Positions 24,116 to 37,170 of a stretch of 64,000 nt of DNA are shown piece after piece (positions within the stretch are counted from its first letter, which is position 1; every line of letters starts with the position of its first letter). The stretch comes from Mobula hypostoma (taxonomy: Eukaryota). The notes under the pieces were generated by a model that did no database searches, was not told where the DNA came from, and saw only the letters and a list, made by a program, of their open reading frames with translations. The translations under genes were made by a program, and so were the position numbers. The DNA lies in the NCBI RefSeq assembly GCF_963921235.1, contig NC_086109.1, forward strand, positions 21,702,001 to 21,766,000, in the 5' to 3' direction.

Positions 24116-24409
24116 TATCTATCCTGGGAGTGACTGGTACTGATGCACAATGTCTTTAAGGAAAAGTATTCTATATTACAGTGAGAACATCGTTCACATT
24201 TATGCACACAATCCTTATAAGAAAATATTTCTAAAAGTTAAATGCTTGTACAAGAGTTTCAATCACCTTCTTTGCAATTGATGAGCTTGCATTCAATTCC
24301 CACTAGCTATGTAAGCTTCTTTCTGAACCTCCCATATTTGCCAAATCAAATGCTCATTGTTAAAATGCAATGTTTTTGTGTGCACTTCAGTGCACTGATA
24401 GTCAGACTT

Positions 24410-24633
24410 ATTGTGTATTTAATATTTCAGTAATATATTGTTTGATTAAGCATTCTTTGTTGTTTACATAAATCATTAAAGGTTATATGTAAAAGTACGT
24501 GAACGGCCTACATCCTTACGTTGCCACATCACAACTGAATACCTCACTAAAGTAAGAATGAAACAGACACGTTATTCCCGGCTCCATGTCCTTCTTTCAA
24601 TTAGTGTTATGTTTTGGAATTACAAAACTTAAC
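24410..24633 (+). mobile_element. Solo LTR, same family as 48364-49930
   Basis: TTGTGTATTTAATATTTCAG...GGTTATATGTAAAA...CTTTCAATT...TTTTGGAATTACAAAACTTAACA. Confidence 0.7.
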
Positions 24634-25135
24634 AAGTCTCTCTCCATTCACCTGGCCTTGCTAATTACCCTACAGCTTCTAAACCTTGTGCTTCTCTCCA
24701 GTCATCACTTCTCGTAATCTGCTGTCAAGTTGCCAATGTTCAGAGGCAATTATCATGATCTTACGCTCCCTATATTTGCTGAGAATTCTCTTCTCCTTTG
24801 ACCTTTGGCTTCTTTGACTGACATAGAGAGGAAAAATTACCCAACCCCATTGCATTCAGTCCACCCACTGCTTCTCCTCTCGGAAGTAAAATAACCAATA
24901 ATGGATTAATTAACTTTTTTACCAGATCATAAAGCCAGCATTCTATTGATTAATTATAGTATTATATGAACTGTAAATATTCTTGCCATCAATGCTTTGA
25001 CTGCAGTTTTATAAAAAGACATGTAATTAGCTAATGTCTTGCCTCTCAGTGTAAAGGATATTAAGCATTCACAATATAAATGGAGCACAATATAATTTTG
25101 TGAAAACATAGGGAGATTTCAGACTACAAAGGTGT

Positions 25136-25434
25136 TTAGAAACATAGAAACATAGAAAATAGGTGCAGGAGTGGGCCATTCGGCCCTTCGAGCCTGCACC
25201 GCCATTTATTATGATCATGGCTGATCATTCAACTCAGAACCCCGCCCCAGCCTTCCCTCCATACCCCCTGACCCCCGTAGCCACAAGGGCCATATCTAAC
25301 TCCCTCTTAAATATAGCCAATGAACTGGCCTCAACAGTTTCCTGTGGCAGAGAATTCCACAGATTCACCACTCTCTGTGTGAAGAAGTTTTTCCTAATCT
25401 CGGTCCTAAAAGGCTTCCCCTCTATCCTCAAACT
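25136..25434 (-). mobile_element. Young CR1 LINE 3' fragment
   Basis: RIEGKPFRTEIRKNFFTQRVVNLWNSLP; (TAGAAACA)n tail on +. Confidence 0.9.
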
Positions 25435-25604
25435 GAGTCAGAGTGTTTAAATACAATGGTCTTGACTCTCTGCAACAACACATTAAGTTGTACAGCAACC
25501 TTGACCTGTGAAGGCAGCTTCCTGACGACAGGACGCACAGCAGATACTGTGTGCTGAGTAAAGCTGCCTTTTCATTGCTTTGCCAAACAGTAATTATATT
25601 TTTG

Positions 25605-25830
25605 CAGTCACGACGAAGGGTCTCTACCCGAAACATCAGTTGTTTATTCCCCTCCATAACTGCTCCTGACCTGATGATTTCCGCCAGCATTTTGTGTGTG
25701 TTGCTCTACATTTCTTGCTCTAACTCCTCATCTTTGTCATTCCAGTCTTGATGAAGGGTCTCGGCCCGAAACATCAACTACACTCTTTTCCATTGATGCT
25801 GCCTAGCCTGCTGAGTTCCTCCAGCATGGT
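25605..25830 (+). mobile_element. Two tandem PLE termini with degenerate hammerheads
   Basis: CAGTCACGACGAAGGG..CCCGAAAC at 25605 and CAGTCTTGATGAAGGGTCTCGGCCCGAAAC at 25743. Confidence 0.7.
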
Positions 25831-25929
25831 AAATTTCTTGGGAGTAATTTAAGACTTTCATTTGGTCAGCTGCTCAAAAGCTTTGTCAAAGAGGAAGATC
25901 TTAAGAAGCATGCTGGAGGTAGATTTTAA

Positions 25930-26222
25930 GGGTGGCACTGTGGTGTAGTGGTTGGCGTAATCTCATTACCATAAGACCAGGGTTCAATTCCAACCGCTGC
26001 CTGAAAGGAGTTGGTATATTTTCCTCATTTTCATCAATTTCCTCCGGGTGCTCCAGTTTCCTCCCTCATTCTATGGCGTAGGGCTAGTGAATTTTGGGTA
26101 TGGTATAATGCCACTCAAAGCATGGCGACACTTGCACAATCTTTGATGAAATGATTTGATGCAAACGACGCATTTCACTGTATGTTTCGATTTACTTGTG
26201 ACAAATAAAGCTAATCTTTAAT
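25930..26222 (+). mobile_element. V-SINE-like tRNA SINE
   Basis: GGCACTGTGGTGTAGTGG (box A), GGTTCAATTCC (box B), TTTCCTCCGGGTGCTCCAGTTTCCTCCC core, GTGACAAATAAAGCTAATC tail. Confidence 0.75.
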
Positions 26223-27325
26223 CTCTTTAAGCATATTGAAGAGAGGGCAAACAAAACAAGAGCTCTCTGGTTGCAATGAAAATCAAGTTTTAAATTCAAT
26301 CTCTATTCTGGGAGTGGGACGGGGGGTTGTTGGGAAAGGGTTTGGATGTTTTGTGTGAGGCTAGGAAGGTTGGGAGAAAACTTAAAAGGTGGCAATCAAA
26401 AGATATTCTGGTAGTCTGAGTGGTAACTAGCTTGTTATTTTTACATTCACATCCGAAAATAAAAAGTACAACATCATAATGAATCCATCAATTGGAATTA
26501 AAGTCATGAGCTATTTTGGGTGACAGGCGTCAGGGCTGAAGTGTGGGCAGCGGGATTTAATAAATGTGGGTGGTAATGTTCCACAGCTCTGCCATCCTCC
26601 AACGTGTGAGTGTGGCCCATCCCGTAGAGCGCAGTGGCAGGCACCAGAGACCTGTTCACCCCTGGAAGGGGCAAGATGGCTCTGGCATGCCCTGCCCAAT
26701 ACAGCCATGCCAATCTCGTCAACAGCGGGCTGCCTCTTTCCCCGGCGTCTCTGCAGCCTCACGTTCTTCAGGGAAGCTGTTCACTTTAAAGTTGTTAAAT
26801 CTAATAGAATATTGATCCTTACCTCGAGGGGGTAGGTTACAGAGAAATGGAAATTAAACTTCTCTTTTGTGGGCTCAAAATACTGCTTTCATTTCTGGAC
26901 ATCTCAGCCCATGAAGGATAAAACTGATCTTTCAGCCAGTTTGGTAATTAACTCACCAGAATATTAAAATAAAATTGAAAGGTTATGTTGAGAGGACAGA
27001 TTGCATAAACTGGTCTTGTAGTCCTTTAAGCTTGTAAAATTGAGAAAAGATTTAAGGAAAATAAAAATATTCAACAGAATTAATACTGAGGGACTACCTC
27101 TTCTGCTGAAGCGAATAAGGCCCGGATCTCATCCATCACCTTAAACATTCATTCTCTCAACCACAGACACACAGGGTGCACAACAGGTACTTAAATTTTT
27201 TTTGACAGCATCTCCCAAACCAAAGATCCTATCATGTAGAAGGGCAAGATCATTGGGTGCTTGAGTGCAACACCATTTCCAGATCCTGACTTGGAAATAT
27301 ATCACTTATCTACTTCTTTAACCTA

Positions 27326-27830
27326 CTGCCTGTTACGCCTCTGGTGTTTAGGGCAGCAGTGAAGGTCCTCCATGTCTGGTGGTGTTCCGGACTTCCTGCA
27401 TCGTGTCAGTAGCCACCTCTCGGTTTTCACTACTGTCAGTCATGCAGCTCCCGGGTGACAACTCAGGAACATCATCGCACTTAAATGTAGAAGGAATGAA
27501 GAATCCTCCTACATCTGAGTGTGACGGTATTCCTGAGTCTCCACCTGGGACTTGCATGACTGACAGCAGTGAAAACCGAGAGGAAGCTGTTGCTGCTTCA
27601 GTAACAATTTTGTTTTACCCAGCCAGGGTTGTCGACCCTGAGCTGAAATTCTGAACCTGAAGGACCGATGGGCCACTCTTAGTTTGTCCTCTGCTCTTTG
27701 ACCTGTTTGGCATGGGTGACCCTATCAAGAGCCAAAGCATAAAGCCCTGACTCCAGCCTACAGAACTCACCAGGTCAATGAGGCATGCAGGCCTCCAAAC
27801 CATGACGAGGTCGTGGTCCTCGTGGAGGAG
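27326..27830 (-). mobile_element. Bipartite non-autonomous RTE-like element with internal inverted duplication
   Basis: RTE-type 5' segment (GGGTCACCCATGCCAAACAGGTCAAAG on minus) joined to a 3' segment; homologous to 42778-43152. Confidence 0.6.
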
Positions 27831-29032
27831 TTCTTTAACTGCCAATGATAAAATAATTATGAGTCCCTGTTTAGTCCCAGTCTAGTCTCGAAGGTCAAAG
27901 CCATGAAGTTCTCAGGGGGTAAAGTTCGAAGTTGGGCTCCCGATGCCTGCCAGACTGAGAATGCATAGACAAGGACTGGAGGCCCAGTGGTGACCTGTCC
28001 TGAGGTCAGCTTCACTCGCCTCACTACCGAACTGACACCGCAGCCTGCGGGCTCATTTTCAGGGACTAAGGCCTGCCCCAAGAACATCCTTGTGTGTGTT
28101 GGTTGTTAACGACAACAATGCATTTCTCTGTATGTTGTGAGGTACTGTACACGTGATAAACAGATCTGAATGTGAAGCTGAATCTGTTTAGGAGTGAAAA
28201 TTAAGAAGTGTTTCTTGCTCATTCGATCGAAATCTGAAGCCCTTCCTGGAAGTCAGTGATGCTTGGGGTGTCATCTGGATTACAGGTTGAGAACTATTTG
28301 TGGAGCTAGTTGAGGGCTGGTAAATGAAGCTGTGGTGCAGATCAGCCATGATCTCATACACAGGCTCGACAAGCTGAATGATTTATGCTCAGCTCCTTAA
28401 AGTGGAAACACAGCAGAATGTCCAAGCGGCTTTCCTGACATGCTGATGCCATGGTTTACCTAATTAAATGCAATTCCTCTAACTTATGATTCCAAAAAAC
28501 AGGAAACTTCATTAATAAAACTCAGCTTTCCCACGTCCACACCTATACTTACAGTATGCGTATGTATAAGAGCCTATCAGAGACATATAAAAACATTTTG
28601 GTGATTTAACATGATTTCATAACAAATAATCATGTTTATATTTAATTATATTACTCTAAAGGGATAAATAGCCATTTCAAAATTGAAGCAAAAGTGTGAA
28701 TAATTAGATTTAAATGGCAGTTTCTGCTGTGAAAACTTTTCTGTGATTAGCATGTGGTTTCACCCATCGGTAATTATGGTCAAAATACCAAGACACTTTT
28801 TCCCTTTTTCCCAAACTTGACTTGCTTTTGATTGACTCACTACCATGGGCTCAGGAGAAAACAAGCAGATCTCATTACTGAACAGAACTCTTGATATGCA
28901 AATACTGGAATAATGAAAATGCAGAAATAAAAACAGAATATGCTGGAATCACTCATCAGATCACATAGCATCCATAGAGAAAAAAAAATCGATGTTTCCA
29001 AGACCCTTCATCAGAATTTGTTTGTCATTTTT

Positions 29033-29972
29033 TCAGTGATCTGGATGATAACGTTAACTGGACCAGCAAATTTGCAGATGACCCCAAGACTGGAGGTGTA
29101 GTGGACAGCAAGGAAAACCATCAAAGCTCACAGCGGGATCTGGACCAGCTGGAAAAATGGGCTGAAAAATTGCAGATAGAACTTAATGCATACAAGTGTG
29201 AGGTGTTCACTTTCGTAGGACCAACCAGGGAAGGTCTTACCCTGTTGATGGGGCAAAATTTCAAAGGACGCAATGTGATGGAAACCCCTTAACTTAACTT
29301 CCCATATGATTCTGAGTTGTCTGCAACCAGTTTCATGTTTGTGCTCTTTAAGATAAAAAAGTTGATTTCACAGTGCACACAATGTATTGACAATTTTCAG
29401 GGCAGGAGTTTCAGGGCATGAGTTTCAGGGCAGGACATTCAGGGCAGGAGTTTCAGGGCAGAAGTTTCAGGGCATGAGTGGTAGGGCACTAAGGCAGTAG
29501 AACAAAGGGATCTGGGAATACAGGTCCATTCTTCCTTGAAAGTGGCCTCACAGGTAGATAGGGTCATAAAGAAAGCTTTTCGCAAAATTGACCGCAGATT
29601 CAAGTATTGAGTACAGGGGGTTGGGATGTTGCTTTGAAATTGTATAAGACATTGGCGAGGCATAATTTGGAGTATTGTGCACAGGTTTGGTCACCTGCTT
29701 ACAGGATAGATGTAAATAGATGTTTAAGGGGAACATGAGGGAAAATGTCTTCACTCAGAGGGAGGTGAGATTATGAAATGAGCTACCAGTGCAAGTGCAG
29801 GATGCGATTTTGATTTCAACATTTAAGAGAAGTTTGGATCCATACATGGATAGGAGGGGTATGGATGGTTATGGACCAGATGCAGGTCAATAGGAATAGG
29901 CAGTTTCAATGGTTCGGTACAGACTAGATGGGTTGAAGGGCCTAATTCTGTGTTGTAGCTTTCTATGACTCT
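29033..29972 (+). mobile_element. CR1 LINE fragment (interrupted)
   Basis: KFADD.K, QRDLDQLEKWAEK, FTQR.VR.., and CR1 tail GATGGGTTGAAGGGCCT. Confidence 0.8.
29394..29478. repeat. 14-bp minisatellite (TTTCAGGGCAGGAG)n
   Basis: About six visible tandem units. Confidence 0.85.
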
Positions 29973-30611
29973 ATTGCTGTCATTGGAAACAGGAAGAAAA
30001 CAAGTTAGTTTGAAGGTAGAAGAGGGATGAATAGAACAAGCGAAATATCTATGTAGGGGTGAGACTGAGTGAGATTATGTGGCAGTTGGGAAGTAGCTAA
30101 AATCAGATTTAATTTTTTGTCTATATGTCGTGTTGTTAGTGGTAAGGCTGTAGGACATAACAAAAAAGAATTCTGTTTAAAGTTGGAAGTTTAGGGCACA
30201 TTCATATGGGGATTTGTCATCACACTTGACTCCTGGAAAGAGCACATGTAAACTATTAAGAGAAGATACAGTTGACTGTAGAGGATGGAACCTGGAGCAA
30301 CAATTTTCTGGAGGAACTCAGCAGTTAAGGTAGCATCTGTGCAGGAAACAATGATGTTTCTAATCAAAAGTCAGTCTCAAGAACTAAAAGTGGTGAGGTG
30401 AGATAGGCAAAATGAAGAGGAGAGAGGGAGTGGTGAGACAGAGGAGAGAGGTGATCCCTTTGGTTAAAGAGGAGTATGGGAGACGTTAACCAAAGGGTGC
30501 GGAGGAAGCAAGTCTTGGTGCATTTTGGTTAGAAAATTATATACAATAAATGAAAAGCAAAAATCTATAGATGAGGGAAACCTGAAATGAATGCAGAAAA
30601 CACTGTCAATG

Positions 30612-30890
30612 AGTCATAGACCACTACAGCACAGAAAAGACTCTTCAGCCCATCTAGACTATGCCAAACTGATATTCTGCTGGGTGCCATCAATCCACAC
30701 CTTGACCTTGGCCCTCAATAACTCTCCCTTCCATATACTTATCCAAACATCTCGTACATGCTGCAACCAAACCTGCATCCACTTCTTCGACTAGCAGCAC
30801 GTTCCACACTCTCACCACCCTCTGAGTGAAGATGTTTCCCTTCAATTTCCCCTTAAATATTTCACCTTTCACCCTTAACCTTTGACCTCC
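30612..30890 (-). mobile_element. CR1 LINE 3' fragment
   Basis: KGNIFTQRVVRVWNVL...LDKYM on the minus strand. Confidence 0.75.
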
Positions 30891-31035
30891 ATGCCATTCA
30901 TCCTGAATCCCAAGCATTGTTATCTTCAGAGTCAACCTACCATAAGGAACAATATCACATGTGGAGAATGAAACTGACCTAACATTTCAGCTCAAAGACC
31001 TTTTGTCATCATTTTACACAGATGGAGTCTTAACT

Positions 31036-31408
31036 AATTTGAAGAAACTTGGAGGCCATTTATTCAATATTTTCATATGATGTAAGTTGACCCTTTCTGA
31101 ATGCTTTGTAGTAATTTTTTTGTTCATGTATAGAGGAGCGGAGTTAACGACAAATTATAATTTTAGCCGATGTAATGACAGCCCAAGCTTTGTTTGTTTT
31201 TTTTTACTTTCATTTTTCTTTAGTTTAGGGGGTTTTCTTTTTCTTCTCTTTATAAAATATCTTCTTCATGGTCAGTTACTTGATATTGGAAGGCTAAACT
31301 ATATTTGTTATTTGGAATCTGTGCTTGTATATGTTAACTTTTGTAATCCCAGTCTCTATGTATCATTACTATTATTGTTATGTTTAATTTTGCAACTTAA
31401 TAAAAAGA
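31036..31408 (+). mobile_element. L1-clade LINE 3' end
   Basis: Translates FEETWRPFIQYFHMM* (fish-type L1 ORF2 C-terminus W.PF..Y), then a T-rich 3' UTR ending in AATAAAAAG. Confidence 0.55.
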
Positions 31409-31965
31409 GTCTTAACCTAAAAGGTACTTTCCTTGGTGATGGAGCCACTAAACCACTTGGACTGAGAGCAGGCTTTTGAAGAGAAATTGAGTAGAATGGA
31501 CCCACCTTCTTTCGAGATTAAATAAAATAAGGAAAATGAGAGGGTAATTGTTTGGAGTCAGTTTCTAGACCTACAAGGTATACTTAGGATAAAGGATAGG
31601 CTATTTAGATGCTCAAATTTCTTCTCAGGCATATGTGAGACATTGAAATTCAATGATCTGTGAATGCTCTGTCGAGAAATAGTCTCTCAGTCTCATATTT
31701 GGATATTTAAGACTGAGAGTGATGGACTTCTGTGCATCAAGAGACAGGGAATAGAGAAAATAGAGTAAAAAAACTAGAGCATGTATCCTATAAGCAAAGA
31801 GTGTGAGATCTGAGGGTAAATAAGCTTTGTTCCTCTTTTGTGAAGATTTAACAAGGTCACACCTGAAATATTATATACATCTGCAACCTGACAAAAAGAA
31901 GAATCCACATGTCTTGGAGGTGGTGCCACAAGGGGCCAAAAGAGTTGAAGATCAGCCAAGATCTG

Positions 31966-32497
31966 AACTCAGAGACCTCTTTATTTGGGTCACCTGCTCG
32001 TTAATGCAAATATATAATCAGCCAATCATGTGGCAGCAACACAAAGACTTGGTCAAGAAGTTCTCAGACCAAACATCAGAATGGGGAAGAAATGTGATCT
32101 AAGTGTCGTTGATTGTTGGAATAATCGTGAAATAATTGTTAGTGCACGACAGGGTGCTTTGGGCGTCTCTGAAACAGCTGATCTCCTGGGATTTTCATGC
32201 ACAACATTCTCTCGAGTTTACATAGAATGGTGTGAAGAACAAAAAACCCAGTTTTGTGGGCAGAAACAATTTGTTAATGAGAGAGGTCAAAGGAGAATGG
32301 CCAAACTGGTTCAAGCTGACAGGAAGGTGACAGTAACTCAAATAACCATGTGTTATAACCGTGGTGTGCAGAAGAGCATCTCTCAATGCACAACCCGTCA
32401 AACCTTGAAGCAGATGGGTTACAGCAGCAGAAGGCCACGACCATACTCTCAGTGGCCGCTTTATGAGGTACCTAATAAACTGGCTACTAAGCGTATA
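31966..32497 (+). mobile_element. Tc1-like transposon remnant (transposase DNA-binding region only)
   Basis: MGKKCDLS...ETADLLGFSCTTFSRVY...GQRRMAKLVQADRK...TTRQTLKQMGYSSRRP; no DDE domain. Confidence 0.85.
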
Positions 32498-32910
32498 TAA
32501 TTCCAGAGCAAGTTTACCAGCTGTGATGGATTTTCACTTACAGTATTATTTTGGGATGTGAGCTAATCTCCTGGTTGGCCTCATAAGCAATGTTCTCTCT
32601 CAGGTGTGTGCATGTGTGCATGCACATATCTTTTGCTACTAACGCACAAAGGAATTTAAACTGCACACAAAAGGTTTTCACCCTCTACATCGTTGGCATG
32701 TTAAGTATATTTCACAATCGTTCATAATCACATTTGCTTTTCTGATTTCTGACGCAGACAGAGTTGACAATGTGGAGTCTGCGATGATATGTCTGCAGAT
32801 TTTAGAACTGGCTTATTTATACTGTTTTTATTGAAGAAACTATTGATTCACTATGTCAAATTCCAAGGAAGCAAAAGGCATAGAGCGCAAAAGAGCTGCT
32901 AGTTCATTTG

Positions 32911-33309
32911 CTTTACTTTATAGTCACCAAACAATTGATAGGAGAGCGTACAATCATCACAGCGATATTTGATTCTGCGCTTCACACTCCCTGGAGTACA
33001 AATCGATAGTAAATAGTAAAAATTTAAATTATAAATCATAAATAGAAAATAGAAAAGGGAAAGTAAGGTAGTTGAAAAAACCCAGAGGCAGGTCCGGATA
33101 TTTGGAGGGTATGGCCCAGATCCGGGTGAGGGTCCGTTCAGCAGTCTTATCACAGTTGGAAAGAAGCTGTTCCCAAATCTGGCCGTATGAGTCTTCAAGC
33201 TCCTGAGCCTTCTCCCGGAGGGAAGAGGGATGAAAGGTGTGTTGGCTTGGTGGGTTGTGTCCTTGATTATCCTGGCAGCACTGCTCCGACAGCATGCGGT
33301 GTAAAGTGA
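32911..33309 (-). mobile_element. Young Rex1/Babar 3' fragment
   Basis: KTHTARFGNSFFPTVIRLLN; near-identical to 44214-44641. Confidence 0.85.
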
Positions 33310-35885
33310 ATTTTATATATAGAAAATTCAAATTAAAGCGGAATGGCTTAATAAAACACTAGAAACTGCTACACTGAAAGCTCATGAAGTCAAGAATGTG
33401 CAGCTAAGAGTAATATTTATGTACAATACAGAAACTGGTGTTACCTGCGTGTATTGGCACGATGCAAAACTTATTGCAGAATGATATTTGGAAACTTGAC
33501 TTTCTGAAGTGTCATTTAGCAAGCAAATCACCTATAGATGGTGTACAAAAGTTCCAGTGAGAAAATCCTTCATACCCACTCTAGGCCTGCTACGTGTTTT
33601 GTTACAGTGCAGATGACAGAGAGCGAAACCAATCAAACCCAGAGGAGATCGAAGTTCCTATTGAGAGTGTTTCGCTAGCTGTTAAACTGAATGCTTCTAT
33701 ATATAAAATTCAGTGCGCACATGTAGTTGTCACTGGGCAAAAAGTTGAACAGCACAAGATTTTTGCACACAGTGGTCATTACAAATTAGAGGGAACGTTG
33801 CTCATAAGTAACTAAGTGGTTTGACAAATCTACTTCGAGGACTCTTAGGAATCAAGAGTTGTCATGGTTCTGAGTATGATCCAACAACGATAGCAGGTGA
33901 ATGGCAGGATAACAGGCAAATGACAGGATTTATGATCATTGACAGTTTCATGTTCACCGTTATTTGCAGATTTTAAAAACTAATTTTTCAAATATTCATT
34001 TTTTTCTGTGAAATTTGAATTCGGTTTGTATTAAAGATACAAGAGACTACAGACGTGTTGCTTCAGATTATATCATGGGGGCTGTTTTTGCAGCTACGTA
34101 TCATGGAGTTTTAGAATTGTCGAGTTGTACAACACATAAATAAGCCTTTTATCCTACCATACCATGCCAAACCTTTAGACAATCTACAATTCTCCTAATT
34201 GCCTGTCCTTTGGGCTTCCTGATGAGACACAAGAGACTGCAGATGCTGGAATCTGGAGTAACAAACAATCGGCTGGAGGAACTCATTGAGTTAAGCAGAA
34301 TCTGTGGGAGGAAAGGAATCATCAGCATTTCCAGTCAAAACCCTGCTTGTCAGATGTATAGTTGTCACATTCACGTAAGAGTTATATTTGGGCCAAGATT
34401 GGTTAACAACGGTAGGTTCTATTATTAATGAAGGTCTCACAGCTTCACTGTCATTTTAATTCATTCAACAATTTTTATTCCTTGGTTTTTAAAGTGAGTG
34501 CAAATACACTGCCTTAGGTGTATTTTTAATTTGTTTATGTGATGCAAGTGTTGCTGGCAAGGCTAGTTTTTATTGCCTATCCCTAATTGTTCTTTATGCT
34601 TGCTGGACCATCTCAGAACGAAATGCATTTCTGTGGGCCCTGGACTCAGGGCCAGATAAGGGTTTCATAATTCCAGAATTGGATTCAGGTTTGTTTATCA
34701 TGTGTCCATTGAAACATGCGGTGAAATGCGTCATTCTCATCAACAACCAACACAAAAGGATATGCTGGGGGCAGCCCGCAAGTGTCCCCACACATTCCAG
34801 CACCAACATTACATGCCCACAATATTCAGCAGAACAACACAAGCAGCACAACGAGCTCTTTTCTCCCCACTTCCCCACCTACTCACACTCGCTGGTGAGC
34901 CTCCAACCTCCAGACCCTGGCCTGGACTCACAGATTTGCAAACGTCAGGCCTCTGATGTCCAGATTCACCAACTTTGTTCTTTGACCTTTGGGCTTTCAC
35001 CTCCAGTACCAACCCCAGGACTAGCCAATGACGGGACTTTGAGCTCTGGACATGAAGATGGATTTTTACAGTGATCTGGTCACTTCACAAGTAACATTAT
35101 TGATGCCAGTGTTTTCCTTCAGGGTCTGCGAATTAATTGAATTTAAATTCTCCAGATTCCTCGGTTAGATTTGAACTGATCACTCTGCATCAAAGTTCAG
35201 AAATCTTGGATGATATTAATTTTAACATCATTCTGATTTTAGCTCTTGTTTTCTGGATTGCTTGTCTGGATTAGTTGGTTCTATTAGAAGTCAAAATACT
35301 TGCACCCTGCACAGGTTGTAGCCAGTCTTTGTGCTCTACAGCTGTCTCAGTCCAGTTGTAGATGCATTCTCTACAAAATCACAAATGCAGTGACTAATTT
35401 ATGCACAGTAAATGTCCACAACAACAATGAGAGTGGGTAATCTTTGTTAGGACTTTGAGGGATAAATATTGGCCTCCAGCCATGCGTAAAAGTCCCTTGC
35501 GTTTCTTTGAATTGTAGGATGGGATCATTCTGTTCACCCGAGAGGGCAAACAGTTTTTCATGTCAGCCTGAGAGTCCTGAGTCTTTGAGAAGGCGGTGGA
35601 TGCCTTCCAGGATAATAGCAGAGATAAGCAAAATCACCTCTGTCATTGGACTTCAGATGTTGAGAACTGTTTCCCTCAGATTCTAGAGACCACGTTCAAA
35701 GTAAATTTATTATCAAAATAAGGAAATAGAATAGAATTTATGGAAAACTATACATAACAAAGACTGACAAATAACCTGTTCGCAAAAGAAGCCAAATTGT
35801 GCAGATAACTTAATTTTCCACATGGGTTCATGAGCACATTCCTGAGGTTTGCTGATGGGGTTGCTTGTTCTGTTTGCTTCTTAAG

Positions 35886-35965
35886 CAGGGGTTCCCACCT
35901 TGAGGTCCACAGACCCCTTAGTTAATGGTAAGGGCCCATGGCATGAAACAGGTTGGAAACACCTA
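35886..35965. mobile_element. ~80-bp hAT-type MITE
   Basis: TIR-like CAGGGGTTCCCA...TTGGAAACACCTA; imperfect 8-bp TSD TTCTTAAG/CTCTAAAG; second copy at 39360. Confidence 0.65.
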
Positions 35966-36889
35966 CTCTAAAGAGTCCTATACTTGTAAAGAGGCAGCAC
36001 GTGGCCATTCAGTTCATGACATCTTCCCGAGGAATTACCTTCAGAAGCTCAAATGACACCTATAGCTGCTGGGTTGTGAAGGCCCAAACTCAGCTGATCT
36101 TTGGACCTTCTCCTTCCAAACTTCACTACTTCAGGCCTGAAATCAGCCCAAGATGTGTTTCTGCTCAAGAAACCTCACTCAGTCCCTTTCTGTGTTGAAG
36201 GTAATGCAATATAGATGTAACATAAATTAATAAAGTGGAAATACAAATAAATTTGTAAATGACAGTTTGATTTATTTTACATTTCAGTAAATGGCATAAA
36301 ACTTATTATTGATAGTGATGCTTGTAAGATGAATGGCTTTACTAATCTCTCATCTTGACTCTTTTGGGAATGTGGAATATAGTACATTACAGGGCTAATT
36401 CGAGAATTTGCATTTTAAATTAATTATTTTTTTCAGATTAATTAAATCTTACATTGTTCCTTCTCTGGTTTATAGACACAAACATTCTATTTTCATTTCT
36501 AATATCCTTGGGGATATCTCGCATCTGTTTGTAAGCCTTCCTCTAATTTCACTTTCCTTTCCCTTTTCACACAGCCCAACCCTGCCTCAGGAATATTGAT
36601 GTTTCAGAGCAGAATTTTGGACTGCAGCAGTACAGCTCAGCTTAGATTTCCACATCATCCTCATCACAGAATCTCAACAGTAGATTTGACTCTTTAAGTC
36701 CATGCCTACTCTATGAACGGTGATCTATAATTTCACCCCATATTTCAACTCAGACCTTCGCAAAGTAGTTCTCCTTAAATATATGCCCAGTTGTCTTTTG
36801 AAAGTGTCTGTGTCATCTGATTTGGCCATGTTTTTGGAATCTTGACGTAAGTCTCTATGAACAAAAGAAAGACAAACAAGAAAGAAAAG

Positions 36890-37170
36890 ACTAGCTTTAT
36901 TTGTCTCATGGACATTGAATCACACAGTGAAATGCGTTGTTTGCGTCAAAGACCTACGCTCTCGGAATGTGCTGGTGGCAGCCTGCAAGTATCTTAATAG
37001 CTCTCACACAACTTACTAACCCTGACCCATATGTCTTTGGAATATGGGAGGAAACTAGGGAACCAAGAGGAAACCCATACAATCATGGTGAGAGCATAGA
37101 GACTCCTTTCAGACAGCGGTAGAAATTGGATCCTGGTACTGTAAAGCACTACACTAACCCAATGTTACCA
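36890..37170 (-). mobile_element. V-SINE-like SINE (degenerate)
   Basis: TAGCTTTATTTGTC...GTCTTTGGAATATGGGAGGAAAC...GGAAACCCA on +. Confidence 0.6.

Noticed and set aside
32030..32500. Functional or domesticated transposase
   Set aside because: Only the N-terminal DNA-binding region is present, with indels relative to sister copies and no DDE catalytic domain
33594..33815. ORF after an acceptor-like GTTTTGTTACAG
   Set aside because: No recognisable homology and no convincing downstream donor; only the hairpin is noted
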